In this document: piece after piece, positions 21,903 to 31,884 of the stretch
How the letters are laid out: each line of letters opens with the position of its first letter
How positions within the stretch are numbered: the first letter of the stretch is position 1
NCBI GenBank assembly: GCA_963777505.1
Contig: CAVZQN010000003.1
Span: forward strand, 224,001-288,000
Length of the DNA: 64,000 nt
DNA from: an uncultured bacterium
GTDB taxonomy: Bacteria > Acidobacteriota > HRBIN11 > JAKEFK01
Direction: 5' to 3'
Position numbers and translations under genes: made by a program
Notes under the pieces: generated by a model
The model's database searches: none
What the model was told of the DNA's origin: nothing
What the model saw: the letters and a program-made list of their open reading frames with translations, nothing else

Positions 21903-23444
21903 TCACGATTTTAATTTCTTTAACATTTCGGCTGCATTCTGATTTGCCGGATCATATTCCAGTACTTTTTCAAAATGTTCAATTGCAAGTTCCTTCTTGC
22001 CTTCATTCATGTAAATTGTTCCCATGAGTTCGTAAGTTTCCCAAACATCGGGATACACTTCAGCATTAAACGTAAGCAATTCGATCGCTTCTTTGGTTTT
22101 CTTTTGTTCCGAAAGTTCACGGCCTATATCGACAAGAGTAATAGGATCATAAATCTCGTAATCGGGGTCCTTACTACGAGTTTCTTGCTGAATCGCTGCA
22201 GCCGCGGCCAATCCTTTTTCACGTAAAAGTTTTACGAACTCTTCTTCAGAAGGCGGAAGTTTTAGACCGGCTCGCATTTCAAGCAAAACTCTGTCCGCTG
22301 GTTCAGGTTTTTCTTTGAGTGAAGCCTGGGCTTTAGGATCTTTTTTTACATTTGCATCGAGGAATATCGCTGTGTAACGGCAAATCGTTTCATAACCGAT
22401 TCGATTATCTACTGGAGCCTCTCTTTCCGGTGATGGCGGAACGGGAATCATCGGAGTAATCATTGAGAAACTACTGAAGTCAACAGGAGTCATTCCTTTC
22501 AATTTGATTTGCGTTAATGGTGCATATTTGATTGCGCGCAAAAATGCATCATCAGTTGCATCATTCACTTCCTGTGATGTGAAATGCAGAACCGGAACAC
22601 GCAATCGCGAAGGTTCATAAAGTGGATTTTGAAACAGAACAGAATATCCAAATTTATTTGCAGCCGCATTTTCGAGAGTTACAAATGCATCGACATCTCC
22701 GTTGTACATCGCAAGAAGGGATCCTGCCAGCCCTCCAAAACTAAATCCGATCATTGCAAGCTTATCGGGGTCGACTGCGGGAAATGAACGCAGATTTGCA
22801 ATGATAAATTGCATATCTTGCATTTGTGTGATGGTTCCGAGTGCATCAAAACTGAGCTGTCGCGCGGTTAACCCGACACCAGGACTGGAAGCAACAACGT
22901 ATCCGTGGCTGGCAAGATATTCTGAAAGTATTGCATTGCCAACAGGGGAAGAGAGCCCAGTGCTTGGAGCAATCAAAACCAGCGGAAAGCGTGTTTTGGA
23001 AGGAGCAGCATCACGCCAGGCCATCGTTTTTGTTGCAAGTGCTTTACTGATGTTTTCATCCGATGCTTGATTGACCCAACGATTCTTAAATGCAGCGATT
23101 GTACTTTGTTTTTGTTGTGCCGTAGCTTCAGACCCAGTTTCTTCAGTGGAAGTCAAATAAAGGTAATCCTGAAACGTGACCTGTGTGGCATTGCTACTCG
23201 ATGACGCTGGATACCAAATGTTAATTTGTATCGGTCTGGAACGATTACCTGCAATCGGATTTCCTTGATAATCGCGTTTCGGTTTATAAGGGCGGGATGG
23301 GTCTTGCCGGAACATGACCTGAAAACCAACAGCATGCTCGCCCGGGGTTAATTTTCCCCAAGTTGTTGATGTTTCCCCATAGGACTGAACCAGTAATCCG
23401 AAAAAAAGAAAAGCGGGAAGCAAGAGAACGGTAATCTTCTTCAC
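21903..23444 (-). CDS. Exported alpha/beta-hydrolase fold protein with C-terminal TPRs
   Basis: Signal peptide, IWYP, LASHGYVV, GFSFGG nucleophile elbow and a TPR tail. Confidence 0.8.
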   Translation of the reverse strand: MKKITVLLLPAFLFFGLLVQSYGETSTTWGKLTPGEHAVGFQVMFRQDPSRPYKPKRDYQGNPIAGNRSRPIQINIWYPASSSSNATQVTFQDYLYLTSTEETGSEATAQQKQSTIAAFKNRWVNQASDENISKALATKTMAWRDAAPSKTRFPLVLIAPSTGLSSPVGNAILSEYLASHGYVVASSPGVGLTARQLSFDALGTITQMQDMQFIIANLRSFPAVDPDKLAMIGFSFGGLAGSLLAMYNGDVDAFVTLENAAANKFGYSVLFQNPLYEPSRLRVPVLHFTSQEVNDATDDAFLRAIKYAPLTQIKLKGMTPVDFSSFSMITPMIPVPPSPEREAPVDNRIGYETICRYTAIFLDANVKKDPKAQASLKEKPEPADRVLLEMRAGLKLPPSEEEFVKLLREKGLAAAAAIQQETRSKDPDYEIYDPITLVDIGRELSEQKKTKEAIELLTFNAEVYPDVWETYELMGTIYMNEGKKELAIEHFEKVLEYDPANQNAAEMLKKLKS

Positions 23445-23523
23445 GGGATCCTCCGCTAAATTTAAAAACTATGGTGTTAGTAATATTTACTACAAATGTA
23501 GGAGTAAATCAAGACCACGTTGC

Positions 23524-23543
23524 GGCGGGTCTTAGACCCTACG
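23524..23543. repeat. REP-like palindrome GGCGGGTCTTAGACCC(TAC)
   Basis: The same 16-mer occurs at 63580-63595. The minus strand reads GTAGGGTCTAAGACCCGCC (GTAG-led REP style). Confidence 0.55.
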
Positions 23544-23610
23544 AAAGCGCTGGCTATATTTTTGCACTAATAGTCTGCGGAGAAAAGCCCTCGAGGAGGT
23601 AGTTCAAGTT

Positions 23611-24006
23611 TTGGGATTATCAGTTCAAGACTCTGAATCAGGAATCCGAAAACGGATCATTATTAAGTCGGAAGGCCGGATTTTATTCTTAAGTCCTGAA
23701 AGTATTAAGTGGCTTGAAGCACAAGGAAATTACGTCAATATTTACGTGGATTCAGATCAACATACAATTCGAGGCTCGATATCTTCGATCGAAAAAGAAC
23801 TGGACCCCTCGATTTTTCTTCGGATTAGTCGCTCTGTGATCATCAATATGAATTATGTTCGGGAAATGCAGCCATGGTTTCGCGGAAATTATCGTGTCTT
23901 GCTGACCGATGGTACGGAGCTGACATTAACCAGCAATTTCCGTGAACGCCTGGACCTCTTCATTGGAATTCCTGTTGGAAGACGCTCCCGCCTTGCCGAA
24001 AGCTAG
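23611..24006 (+). CDS. Stand-alone LytTR DNA-binding domain protein
   Basis: IKWLEAQGNYV, FLRISRS.IIN and PWFRGNY motifs. TTG start after a GAGGAGG RBS; no receiver domain. Confidence 0.88.
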   Translation: MGLSVQDSESGIRKRIIIKSEGRILFLSPESIKWLEAQGNYVNIYVDSDQHTIRGSISSIEKELDPSIFLRISRSVIINMNYVREMQPWFRGNYRVLLTDGTELTLTSNFRERLDLFIGIPVGRRSRLAES

Positions 24007-24115
24007 TCGTACCCGCCTCAAACATTGTTAAGAATTGTTAACTCGTCACTCAATTGAGTTGATGATTCTCCTTAAGCATCGTATGTTTAGAGGAGACCGC
24101 TGAGGTCATAAGGGT

Positions 24116-25294
24116 ATGTCCAAAAACAAGATTATCGTACTCATAGGAACGATACTGATTCTTGCGCTATCTTTCTGGCTATATTCGTCTGCCCGAAACC
24201 AGAAATCGCCAAAATATAAGACTGAGAAGATCGAAAAAGGTGATGTCACTTCAACTGTCACAGCCACCGGGACACTGTCCGCATTAACAACAGTAGCTGT
24301 TGGGAGCCAGGTTTCAGGGATTATTTCCGGTCTTCATGCGGATTTTAATTCTAACGTTAAGAAAGGGCAGCTTCTTGCTGAACTGGATCCAATCTCCTTT
24401 CAAGCAGTAGTGGATCAAAGGAAAGCAGATCTTGCGCGTGTGCAGGCTGAAGAAAGGAACGCACGGCTTGCATACGAGCGTGCAAAAAATCTGCTTGAAA
24501 ATGAATTTATTTCTCGATCTGAATACGACACGTCAGAAGGGAATTGGAAAGCAGCTCAAGCTGCGGTCGCTCAATCAGAAGCATCATTAAAACAAGCCGT
24601 AACAAACCTTTCGTATACACGGATTGTTTCACCGATCGATGGAGTTGTTGTGAACCGCCAGATCGATACAGGCCAGACTGTTGCTGCATCCTTTCAAGCG
24701 CCGACTTTGTTTACGATTGCCCAGGATCTAACAAGGATGCAAGTATCTACGACAGTTGATGAAGCCGATATCGGCAAAATCAAAGTTGGGAAGGATGCGA
24801 CTTTTACAGTCGATGCATTTCCCGACCAGATTTTCAAAGGATCAATTTCGCAGGTACGTCTTTCAAGCACTGTGGTTCAAAATGTTGTGACGTATCCGGT
24901 GCTTATTGATGTGGATAATCCGGATCTTTTGTTAAAACCTGGAATGACTGCGAATGTGAATATCCCGGTTGACACTCGAAATGATGTAATCAAAGTCCCG
25001 AATGCGGCATTACGATTCAAGCCAGATCCTTCAGAAATGGAACAAGGTCCAAAGCCTGGCTCTGAAAAAAGACAAGACAAAAAAACTTCCAGCACAGTTT
25101 ACCGAATTGATGTGACTGGGAAATTAACACCTGTTGTCGTTACAGCTTCTATCACAGATGGTGCATTTACTGCTGTCGAATCTGCAACATTGAAGGCAGG
25201 GGATGAGGTTGTGGTTGGTCTTGCAACTTCGCGTGCTATGGAGCAGCAAGGTGGAGTTCAGCAGCGGCGTTCTCGCGGCGGTCGCGGATTCTAA
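24116..25294 (+). CDS. MacA-like periplasmic adaptor subunit
   Basis: [28 protein letters not shown] and LKPGMTA motifs. Confidence 0.93.
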   Translation: MSKNKIIVLIGTILILALSFWLYSSARNQKSPKYKTEKIEKGDVTSTVTATGTLSALTTVAVGSQVSGIISGLHADFNSNVKKGQLLAELDPISFQAVVDQRKADLARVQAEERNARLAYERAKNLLENEFISRSEYDTSEGNWKAAQAAVAQSEASLKQAVTNLSYTRIVSPIDGVVVNRQIDTGQTVAASFQAPTLFTIAQDLTRMQVSTTVDEADIGKIKVGKDATFTVDAFPDQIFKGSISQVRLSSTVVQNVVTYPVLIDVDNPDLLLKPGMTANVNIPVDTRNDVIKVPNAALRFKPDPSEMEQGPKPGSEKRQDKKTSSTVYRIDVTGKLTPVVVTASITDGAFTAVESATLKAGDEVVVGLATSRAMEQQGGVQQRRSRGGRGF

Positions 25295-26091
25295 TGAGCA
25301 GTCAACCAGTGATGGAGATGATAGATCTGAAAAAGGTCTATCGAATGGGTGAAACAGAAGTACACGCGCTTCAGGGCGTTTCTCTGCAAGTACAAAGCGG
25401 TGAGTTTCTTGCGGTTATGGGTGCATCGGGTTCGGGAAAATCAACCCTCATGAATATCATCGGATGTTTGGATCGGCCCACTTCAGGGCAATACATGCTG
25501 GAAGGTGTCAAGGTTTCGTCGTTAGATCGAGATCAGCGTGCTGAAATTCGGAATGACAAAATAGGATTTGTATTTCAGAGTTTTAATTTGCTGCCACGTA
25601 CATCGGCTCTAGAAAATGTGGAACTTCCATTAATCTATTCAACGAAACATCATTTGAATGATATTCAAATGCGGGAACGAGCGAGAGAATGTCTTAATCG
25701 TGTTGGGCTGGAAGGAAGAGGTGATCACGTGCCGAGCCAGCTTTCGGGTGGTCAACAGCAACGCGTCGCAATTGCAAGAGCACTCGTAAATGATCCCGCT
25801 ATTATTCTGGCTGATGAGCCAACAGGGAATTTAGATACCAAAACATCTGAAGAAGTAATGCTGACACTTCAAAAACTAAATGCCGAAGGAAAAACGATCA
25901 TCTTAATAACACACGAACATGACATTGCGAATTTTGCTAAGCGCGTCATTACGTTGCGTGATGGCCTGGTCATTTCTGATATTTTGAATGATACTTCGAG
26001 GCCCGGCCCAGCGGATGCGGGGATCGGGGGCCGGGCCTCTGAGGCCCGGGTCTCACACCCCGCCACCACAGACCCGGGCCTCGACCGATAG
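25294..26091 (+). CDS. MacB/LolD-type ABC ATP-binding protein
   Basis: [24 protein letters not shown] and ADEPTGNLD motifs. Confidence 0.95.
   Translation: MSSQPVMEMIDLKKVYRMGETEVHALQGVSLQVQSGEFLAVMGASGSGKSTLMNIIGCLDRPTSGQYMLEGVKVSSLDRDQRAEIRNDKIGFVFQSFNLLPRTSALENVELPLIYSTKHHLNDIQMRERARECLNRVGLEGRGDHVPSQLSGGQQQRVAIARALVNDPAIILADEPTGNLDTKTSEEVMLTLQKLNAEGKTIILITHEHDIANFAKRVITLRDGLVISDILNDTSRPGPADAGIGGRASEARVSHPATTDPGLDR
25998..26082. repeat. Two tandem GC-rich hairpins inside the ATPase 3' end
   Basis: GAGGCCCGGCCC(25998)..GGGCCGGGCCTC(26039) and GAGGCCCGGGTCT(26041)..AGACCCGGGCCTC(26082). Confidence 0.8.
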
Positions 26092-26093
26092 CT

Positions 26094-27323
26094 ATGAACA
26101 AGACGAGTAACACCATAAAAGTTGCTTTTCGTTCAATTGGACGCAATAAATTGCGTTCGATTCTAACGATGCTGGGCATCATTATCGGCGTCGCATGTGT
26201 GATTGCTACGATCGGAATTGGTGAAGGTGCTCGCATGCAGATGGAATCGCAGCTGCGATCACTTGGAACGAACTATCTCATGGTGTTTCCAGGTACGACC
26301 ACATCTTCAGGTGCTCGTTCAGGGTGGGGAACGAATTCAAAACTCAGCGATTCGGATGTTGCTGCGATTCGACAAGAATGCAGCAGTTGTGCTTATGTTT
26401 CGGCTCAGGTTCGTACGGTTGCTCAGATGGTTTATAACAATAAAAATTGGTCCACTTCGGTACAAGGAGTTGAAGTAGATTGGCCGCTCATCCGTACATG
26501 GAATGTTGAAACAGGACAATTTTTCACTGAAGCCGATAATCGTGCGGGCGCAAAAGTTTGCGTCATAGGAAAATCGATTCAAACCGAATTGTTCGGGAAT
26601 GAAGATCCGGTCGGCAAAGTTCTACGCATAAAAAATATTCCATTTCGTGTTATTGGTACGCTTGAAACAAAAGGCGGTTCGATGGTAGGCCAGGATCAAG
26701 ATGATGTAGTTGTTGCGCCATACGAAACCGTGCGGAAAAAATTAATGGGCACGCCTACGCCTGTTGGAATTATTACTGTGTCATCAATGTCGAGTGAAAT
26801 GGTCGAGAATACTGAGCAAGAAATTACCGGCATACTTCGCCAGCGTCATCGTATTAATCCTGACGCAGGTCAGGAAGATGATTTTATGATCCGTTCCCAA
26901 ACAGAGATGCTGGCTCAAGCTGAAATGCAATCCCGTACCTTGAGTATTTTGTTGTGGTCCATTGCGGGCGTTTCGCTGCTTGTAGGTGGAATCGGAATTA
27001 TGAATATTATGCTTGTAAGCGTAACAGAGCGAACCCGCGAAATCGGAATCCGAATGGCAATCGGCGCTAAGGGTAAAGATGTTCGTGCGCAGTTTTTGTT
27101 TGAAGCTATGGTTCTTGCTTTAACTGGCGGTATTCTTGGAATTTTTCTTGGTCTTGGAATTCAAAAGGCTGTCGCGCGCTTTGGTGATTGGCCCGTTTCA
27201 CTTCAGCCTGAAGCTGTTGTTTTAGCTTTCGTATTTTCAGCTCTGGTAGGAATTTTTTTCGGATTCTACCCTGCACAAAAGGCGAGCAGGCTCGATCCGA
27301 TTGAGGCACTCCGTTACGAATAA
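26094..27323 (+). CDS. MacB/FtsX-type ABC permease
   Basis: RSILTMLGIIIGV, GGIGIMNIMLVSVTERTREIGIRMAIGA and LDPIEALRYE motifs. Confidence 0.95.
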   Translation: MNKTSNTIKVAFRSIGRNKLRSILTMLGIIIGVACVIATIGIGEGARMQMESQLRSLGTNYLMVFPGTTTSSGARSGWGTNSKLSDSDVAAIRQECSSCAYVSAQVRTVAQMVYNNKNWSTSVQGVEVDWPLIRTWNVETGQFFTEADNRAGAKVCVIGKSIQTELFGNEDPVGKVLRIKNIPFRVIGTLETKGGSMVGQDQDDVVVAPYETVRKKLMGTPTPVGIITVSSMSSEMVENTEQEITGILRQRHRINPDAGQEDDFMIRSQTEMLAQAEMQSRTLSILLWSIAGVSLLVGGIGIMNIMLVSVTERTREIGIRMAIGAKGKDVRAQFLFEAMVLALTGGILGIFLGLGIQKAVARFGDWPVSLQPEAVVLAFVFSALVGIFFGFYPAQKASRLDPIEALRYE

Positions 27324-27365
27324 ACAATCTCTGTGGCTTTGTGGTAAGAATTTGCATTCTTTGTC

Positions 27366-28262
27366 ATGGATCGAAGAAACTTCCTAAAAGCTATAACAAT
27401 TTCAGCTGGCTATCTGATTCCAAAATTCTCTGCAATCGCCAGTCCGGAACAGAACACGAAAGCTGTATTCACGCATGTTGTACCGGAGTGGCGCACAATT
27501 TCAAAAGGCCTGCATTTCGCAAGGGTAAAAGTGTTTCGAGAAAACAAGGAAGTGGATTCTGTAGGTGTTATTCGAATCCAGCCGAAGCACAATAAAATCC
27601 GCGTCTTTCATTCTTACGATGAAAAAAATACTATCGTTCGAACGTTAGATGAATGGCAGAAAGAAACCTCTGCTCTTGCCTTGATTAATGCCGCGCAATA
27701 CATGGCGGATCCATACTACAAGCCGTGTGCGCTTGTCATCTGCGATGGAAAACAGAAAGGACCATTGCGGAACAAAAGTGTACGTGGAATGTTCGTATCT
27801 GAACCGTTAAAAAAAGATTTGCCCCACGCAGATTTGCTCGACTTCGATTATGAACAGTTTGATTTAGCATCAAGTTCATATAGTCAAGGGATTCAACATT
27901 GGCCGATCCTGTTAGATCGTGAAGGTAGAATTAAGGTTCAGAAATCTGAGCTGCGAGCAAATCGAACAATCGTTGCAAAGAATTCAGACAATGAAATTCT
28001 TTTCTTTACTACAGAACTGCCTTCGTTTAGTCTTTATAATTTTGGACTCTTCTTAAAAGATAGCAACACGCGATCCGATGGTGGATTTAAAATCCACACT
28101 GCTATGAATATGGATGGCGGAAGAGAAGCAAATATGGTTTTACGTTCTGGTGGTTTTTCTTATTCCTCATGGGATTACAACCCAATGGCGAGCAGTGAAG
28201 GGAGTTCCATTTTGGATTTAAAAGCCAGGCTGCCCGGCGTTATTGGGGTTTTTCCACGATGA
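27366..28262 (+). CDS. Tat-exported phosphodiester glycosidase (NAGPA-like) family protein
   Basis: MDRRNFLK twin-arginine signal; LINA, RANRT and AMNMDGG motifs. Confidence 0.72.
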   Translation: MDRRNFLKAITISAGYLIPKFSAIASPEQNTKAVFTHVVPEWRTISKGLHFARVKVFRENKEVDSVGVIRIQPKHNKIRVFHSYDEKNTIVRTLDEWQKETSALALINAAQYMADPYYKPCALVICDGKQKGPLRNKSVRGMFVSEPLKKDLPHADLLDFDYEQFDLASSSYSQGIQHWPILLDREGRIKVQKSELRANRTIVAKNSDNEILFFTTELPSFSLYNFGLFLKDSNTRSDGGFKIHTAMNMDGGREANMVLRSGGFSYSSWDYNPMASSEGSSILDLKARLPGVIGVFPR

Positions 28263-29419
28263 AAGGAATTTTCTTCCTGTGCTTTTCATTCTTTCTATCG
28301 CTGAGTGCTGATGCAGTCGATTTAAGCCTTAGAAATCTTCAAGGAAAAAAAGAAAGTCTGGAAGATTATCGCGGCAAAATTGTCATATTAAATTTCTGGG
28401 CTACGTGGTGTGTTCCATGCCGTAAAGAGATGCCGTTGTTTGTCGAATTACAAAATGAATATGCCGCGCGCGGTGTGCAATGGATTGCTGTATCGACAGA
28501 TCCTGCTGAATCACGAAAAGAAGTGGACGCTTTTGTAAAGGAGTACAAATTAAATTTTCCGGTGTGGGTCGATGGCACATCCGATCATCAATCATCATTG
28601 AAGCTTGCCACCGGATTGCCGGCTACGTTAATTCTCGATGCCGAAGGCAATCCTCGTTTCCGGATTATTGGTGAATCGACTCGGGAAGCACTGACCGAAC
28701 GCCTTGATTATTTGCTTTTACAAAATAAAGGTCTCGCGCCCGCAGAAATAATCTTGCCGCCAGGTTTAACTCCTGAACACTTCCATGAACACGAAGCAGG
28801 TGAAGAGGAAGATCATGAACATGAGGAAGAAATAGCCGAAGCTGGCTCGGCTGTCCCTTCCTGACCGCTTTGACCAGGCGAAGGCAGGGTGATCCGTGGG
28901 ATCGCCGGGATCGATAAAAAGAGATGGATCGTTTCATTCCGTTATTTTCCTGAGCTACTTGATCGTGCGAAAGTACGAGCAACCTTGCAATATCGTTTAC
29001 ATTCCAGAATTCTCGTAGGGGTTGAATACAATCCACTCGTAGATGAAGTTGCACCGCTTGCCAACATAACTTTCGTTTCAGAGACTCAACATCTGCCCGC
29101 AATTATTTTGGCAACAAGCACAGATCGTATTGGTACGCCTGATGGTCAGTCAGTCACATTAACTGCCAGCAAAGATTTGGAATCGTGGCTTCATCTGCCA
29201 ATCGCTCCCTACGCAGGCATTACTTATGGCACGTATGAGGATCGATTCAGACCAGTTGGTGGATTGCTCCTGCGCTTTCATCCCAATTTCTATTCATTGA
29301 TTACATTTGATGGCGTTCATGTGCATCCGGTTGTGACCTACAACTATGGCATGCATGCATTTTCTTTTTTACTTTATAAAGGCAAAGAACCAGGCGTCAG
29401 TTACAGCATTCTGTTCTAG
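28259..29419 (+). CDS. Predicted selenoprotein: TlpA thioredoxin + His/Glu linker + UPLU + beta-barrel-like domain (ORF track calls 28259-28864 and 28889-29419 separately)
   Basis: NFWATWCVPC TlpA motif. Both ORFs share one frame, separated by TGA CCG CTT TGA CCA GGC GAA GGC AGG. The downstream part has amphipathic strands and a terminal Phe but no signal peptide of its own. Confidence 0.7.
28888..28906 (+). promoter_or_regulatory. Candidate bacterial SECIS hairpin
   Basis: GGTGATCC-GTG-GGATCGCC forms an 8-bp stem with a G-initiated loop 22 and 31 nt after the two in-frame UGAs. Confidence 0.55.
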
Positions 29420-29436
29420 CTCGATGAACGAGAGTT

Positions 29437-31122
29437 CTACTTTTCACCTGCAGCAGTAAATACAGGTGCAATGTCTGTTGGAATATCTTTCAAGCCTTCA
29501 GTTACGCGATTGATCTCATCGTTCGTTACACCGTATTTTTCAACAAGCCTGGTTGCACGATCAAAATCACCGGTCGCTTCAATCATCAGCAGTTCATTGG
29601 AAAGGGATTCAACAGCCGTTCGCATTTTTGCTATATCGACCTTGTAATGCTTGTCTGAAGTTGGAACGATCGCACCTTTTTCCCGGAACCAGTTCCACTG
29701 AATTGCAGTTCCTCTGCCATGAGCTTCGTTAATGCCAAATCGCATACTTCGATAGAGCAGTCCTGCATTCGTAATGAAAAGAGTTTCAGCATCAAAAGTA
29801 GACAGGAGCTTTTTATCCATTGCATACAATAAATTCCAAACTCCAAGTACATCTGCTTTGGCTTCTTCGATCGTTGAGTATAAATTTTTCAGCAATAACC
29901 TTGCTTCAACACGTTTGCCATCAGCTCCTTTGATTAAGCCAGGTCCAAGGCCATGCGAAAGTTCATGAAACAAAACATGATTAAAATAAGCATCGAAAGA
30001 AATTCTTGATGCTTGTGAAGGATCAATCAGACGCTCTGCAATGGGCTTACCGGATTGTTTGAATTTTGCTTCCATGACATTTTTCAACAGCACATTCTTG
30101 AAGCCTTTCTTTTCACGGACCTGTTCGTCATTCGGTAAGTTAAATGCAGATGTCTGTACGCCGGCTCTCGCATCTCCAGCAGTGTAAATTTCCTGAACTA
30201 TTTTTAGCGCGGTTGATGAACCACGATTTGGATTTTTATGTTCGTCCGGAATCGGAAGATTCCGTTCCATATCGGATAAGTGTTTTAGATAAATTGCGAG
30301 GCTTTCACTTTCTTTTTGATCAACAACCGTAATGTAGGATGCGTAAGCCGCTTTGTAGTTGAATAGATTGTCTTCATAAACCTCGTAGGGCCCAATAACG
30401 ACTTCGATTGGTGAATCCAAATCAATCCATGCAAAATCACTTGCAGAATAATCGTCATTCAAAAATGCATCAGCCCGTTTTGTTAAATAATCTTTTAACG
30501 AAGCATTCGATGTAAGTTGTGCTGCCTGCCGTAATTTTTTTACAACAGTTTCAATATCTTTTGCGTAATATTGATGATACGGAATCGCGTTTAACTTAGA
30601 GTTCTCCCTGCGAATGACCGTAAAGAGACCATGAAAAGCGTCCTGATCTTCAGGATGCGCTTTCACCCATTTTTCAAACTCTTCTTTTGTCATATCTTCA
30701 GGATAAAATGCCGCTCCTGGCGGTTTTTCTCCTTTCTCTCCAAAAGGTGCAATAAATGGCTTGTCTTCTTCCAATCGATTCCATCTGCCTTTCATCAAGT
30801 CAAAAAGTTCCAAAGCCTGATTGTATTGATGAGATTTGCTCAGCGATTGAAGAGTTTGGCGAAGTTCGATGTTCTTTTCTGAAACCTGTTTGTAAAAGAG
30901 CAGGTCAATTGTTTTCGAAGCCTCAATCAAAATTGCGACGACTTTCTTCTCTTCTTCATTCAGAAGGCTGCGATCATAATCGATAACGGTTCTCGGAAAT
31001 TTTTTCAGTACTTCCGGTATTTCTTGAGATACCTCAAGGGATGGTGATTGTGCAATAGCGGCGGAATTAAATGCCAATAATAAAACAAGAAGTATTCTCA
31101 GAATTTGTTGCCTAAGTTTCAT
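29437..31122 (-). CDS. Exported peptidase family M49 (dipeptidyl-peptidase III-like)
   Basis: IGPYEVYED, AFNLPND, FHELSHGLG and EEAKAD motifs. Confidence 0.88.
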   Translation of the reverse strand: MKLRQQILRILLVLLLAFNSAAIAQSPSLEVSQEIPEVLKKFPRTVIDYDRSLLNEEEKKVVAILIEASKTIDLLFYKQVSEKNIELRQTLQSLSKSHQYNQALELFDLMKGRWNRLEEDKPFIAPFGEKGEKPPGAAFYPEDMTKEEFEKWVKAHPEDQDAFHGLFTVIRRENSKLNAIPYHQYYAKDIETVVKKLRQAAQLTSNASLKDYLTKRADAFLNDDYSASDFAWIDLDSPIEVVIGPYEVYEDNLFNYKAAYASYITVVDQKESESLAIYLKHLSDMERNLPIPDEHKNPNRGSSTALKIVQEIYTAGDARAGVQTSAFNLPNDEQVREKKGFKNVLLKNVMEAKFKQSGKPIAERLIDPSQASRISFDAYFNHVLFHELSHGLGPGLIKGADGKRVEARLLLKNLYSTIEEAKADVLGVWNLLYAMDKKLLSTFDAETLFITNAGLLYRSMRFGINEAHGRGTAIQWNWFREKGAIVPTSDKHYKVDIAKMRTAVESLSNELLMIEATGDFDRATRLVEKYGVTNDEINRVTEGLKDIPTDIAPVFTAAGEK

Positions 31123-31147
31123 ATAGCTCCTTATTAATTCTTACTAG

Positions 31148-31296
31148 CCACGGATGACACTGATTCAATTAACCACAGATTCACACGGATAAACACGGAT
31201 TTTCTTAAATAATAAGATCGTGTCTATCCGGGGTTAAACATTATAACTTGGCAATCGATTCAGACTTCACGATCAACTCTGCGTTCTCTGCGGTAA
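31148..31296. repeat. Cluster of CACGGAT/CACAGAT and CTCTGCG short repeats
   Basis: CCACGGATGACACTGAT, ACCACAGATTCACACGGATAAACACGGAT and CTCTGCGTTCTCTGCGGTAA; same family as 11242-11530. Confidence 0.7.
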
Positions 31297-31333
31297 ATCC
31301 TGTATGCTTAAATAATAACGGAGGACGGAGATC

Positions 31334-31882
31334 ATGAAAACATCAAGTTGTGTAATTTTATTGCTTACGTTATGGCTTCCAGCGATTTCATTTGGGCAGG
31401 CACAAACGACTCCTGAAGCGGGGAGATTTAAGGTTGATCTTCTGAAACAAATTGAAGATGTAGAGAAGAAGCTTGTGAGCCTTGCAGAGGCGTTTCCGAC
31501 TGAGAAGTTTTCCTGGCGTCCGGGGGACGGTGTGCGTTCAGTGAGCGAAGTATTGATGCATATCGCTGGTGGAAATTATTTACTACCGAGTATGGCAGGG
31601 GTCACACCGCCGCCTGGGATTTCACGTGATATGGAAAAGACTGTAACCGAGAAACCAAAGGTAATAGAAACCCTTAAACAATCGTTCGTTCATTTACGCC
31701 AAGCGGTTGAGAAGACATCTGATTCCGATTTCGATCGAGGCATTAAATTTTTTGGCGATGATGCGACGGTGCGTTACGTTTATATGGTTGCGGCCGCACA
31801 CGGCAATGAACACCTTGGGCAATCAATTGCTTACGCGCGAATCAATGGAATCACGCCACCCTGGTCAGCTGCTGAAAACTAA
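31334..31882 (+). CDS. Exported DinB/YfiT family protein
   Basis: SWRP..GVRSVSEVLMHIA and H.NEHLGQSIAYAR.NGI.PPW motifs; signal peptide. Confidence 0.9.
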   Translation: MKTSSCVILLLTLWLPAISFGQAQTTPEAGRFKVDLLKQIEDVEKKLVSLAEAFPTEKFSWRPGDGVRSVSEVLMHIAGGNYLLPSMAGVTPPPGISRDMEKTVTEKPKVIETLKQSFVHLRQAVEKTSDSDFDRGIKFFGDDATVRYVYMVAAAHGNEHLGQSIAYARINGITPPWSAAEN

Positions 31883-31884
31883 AT

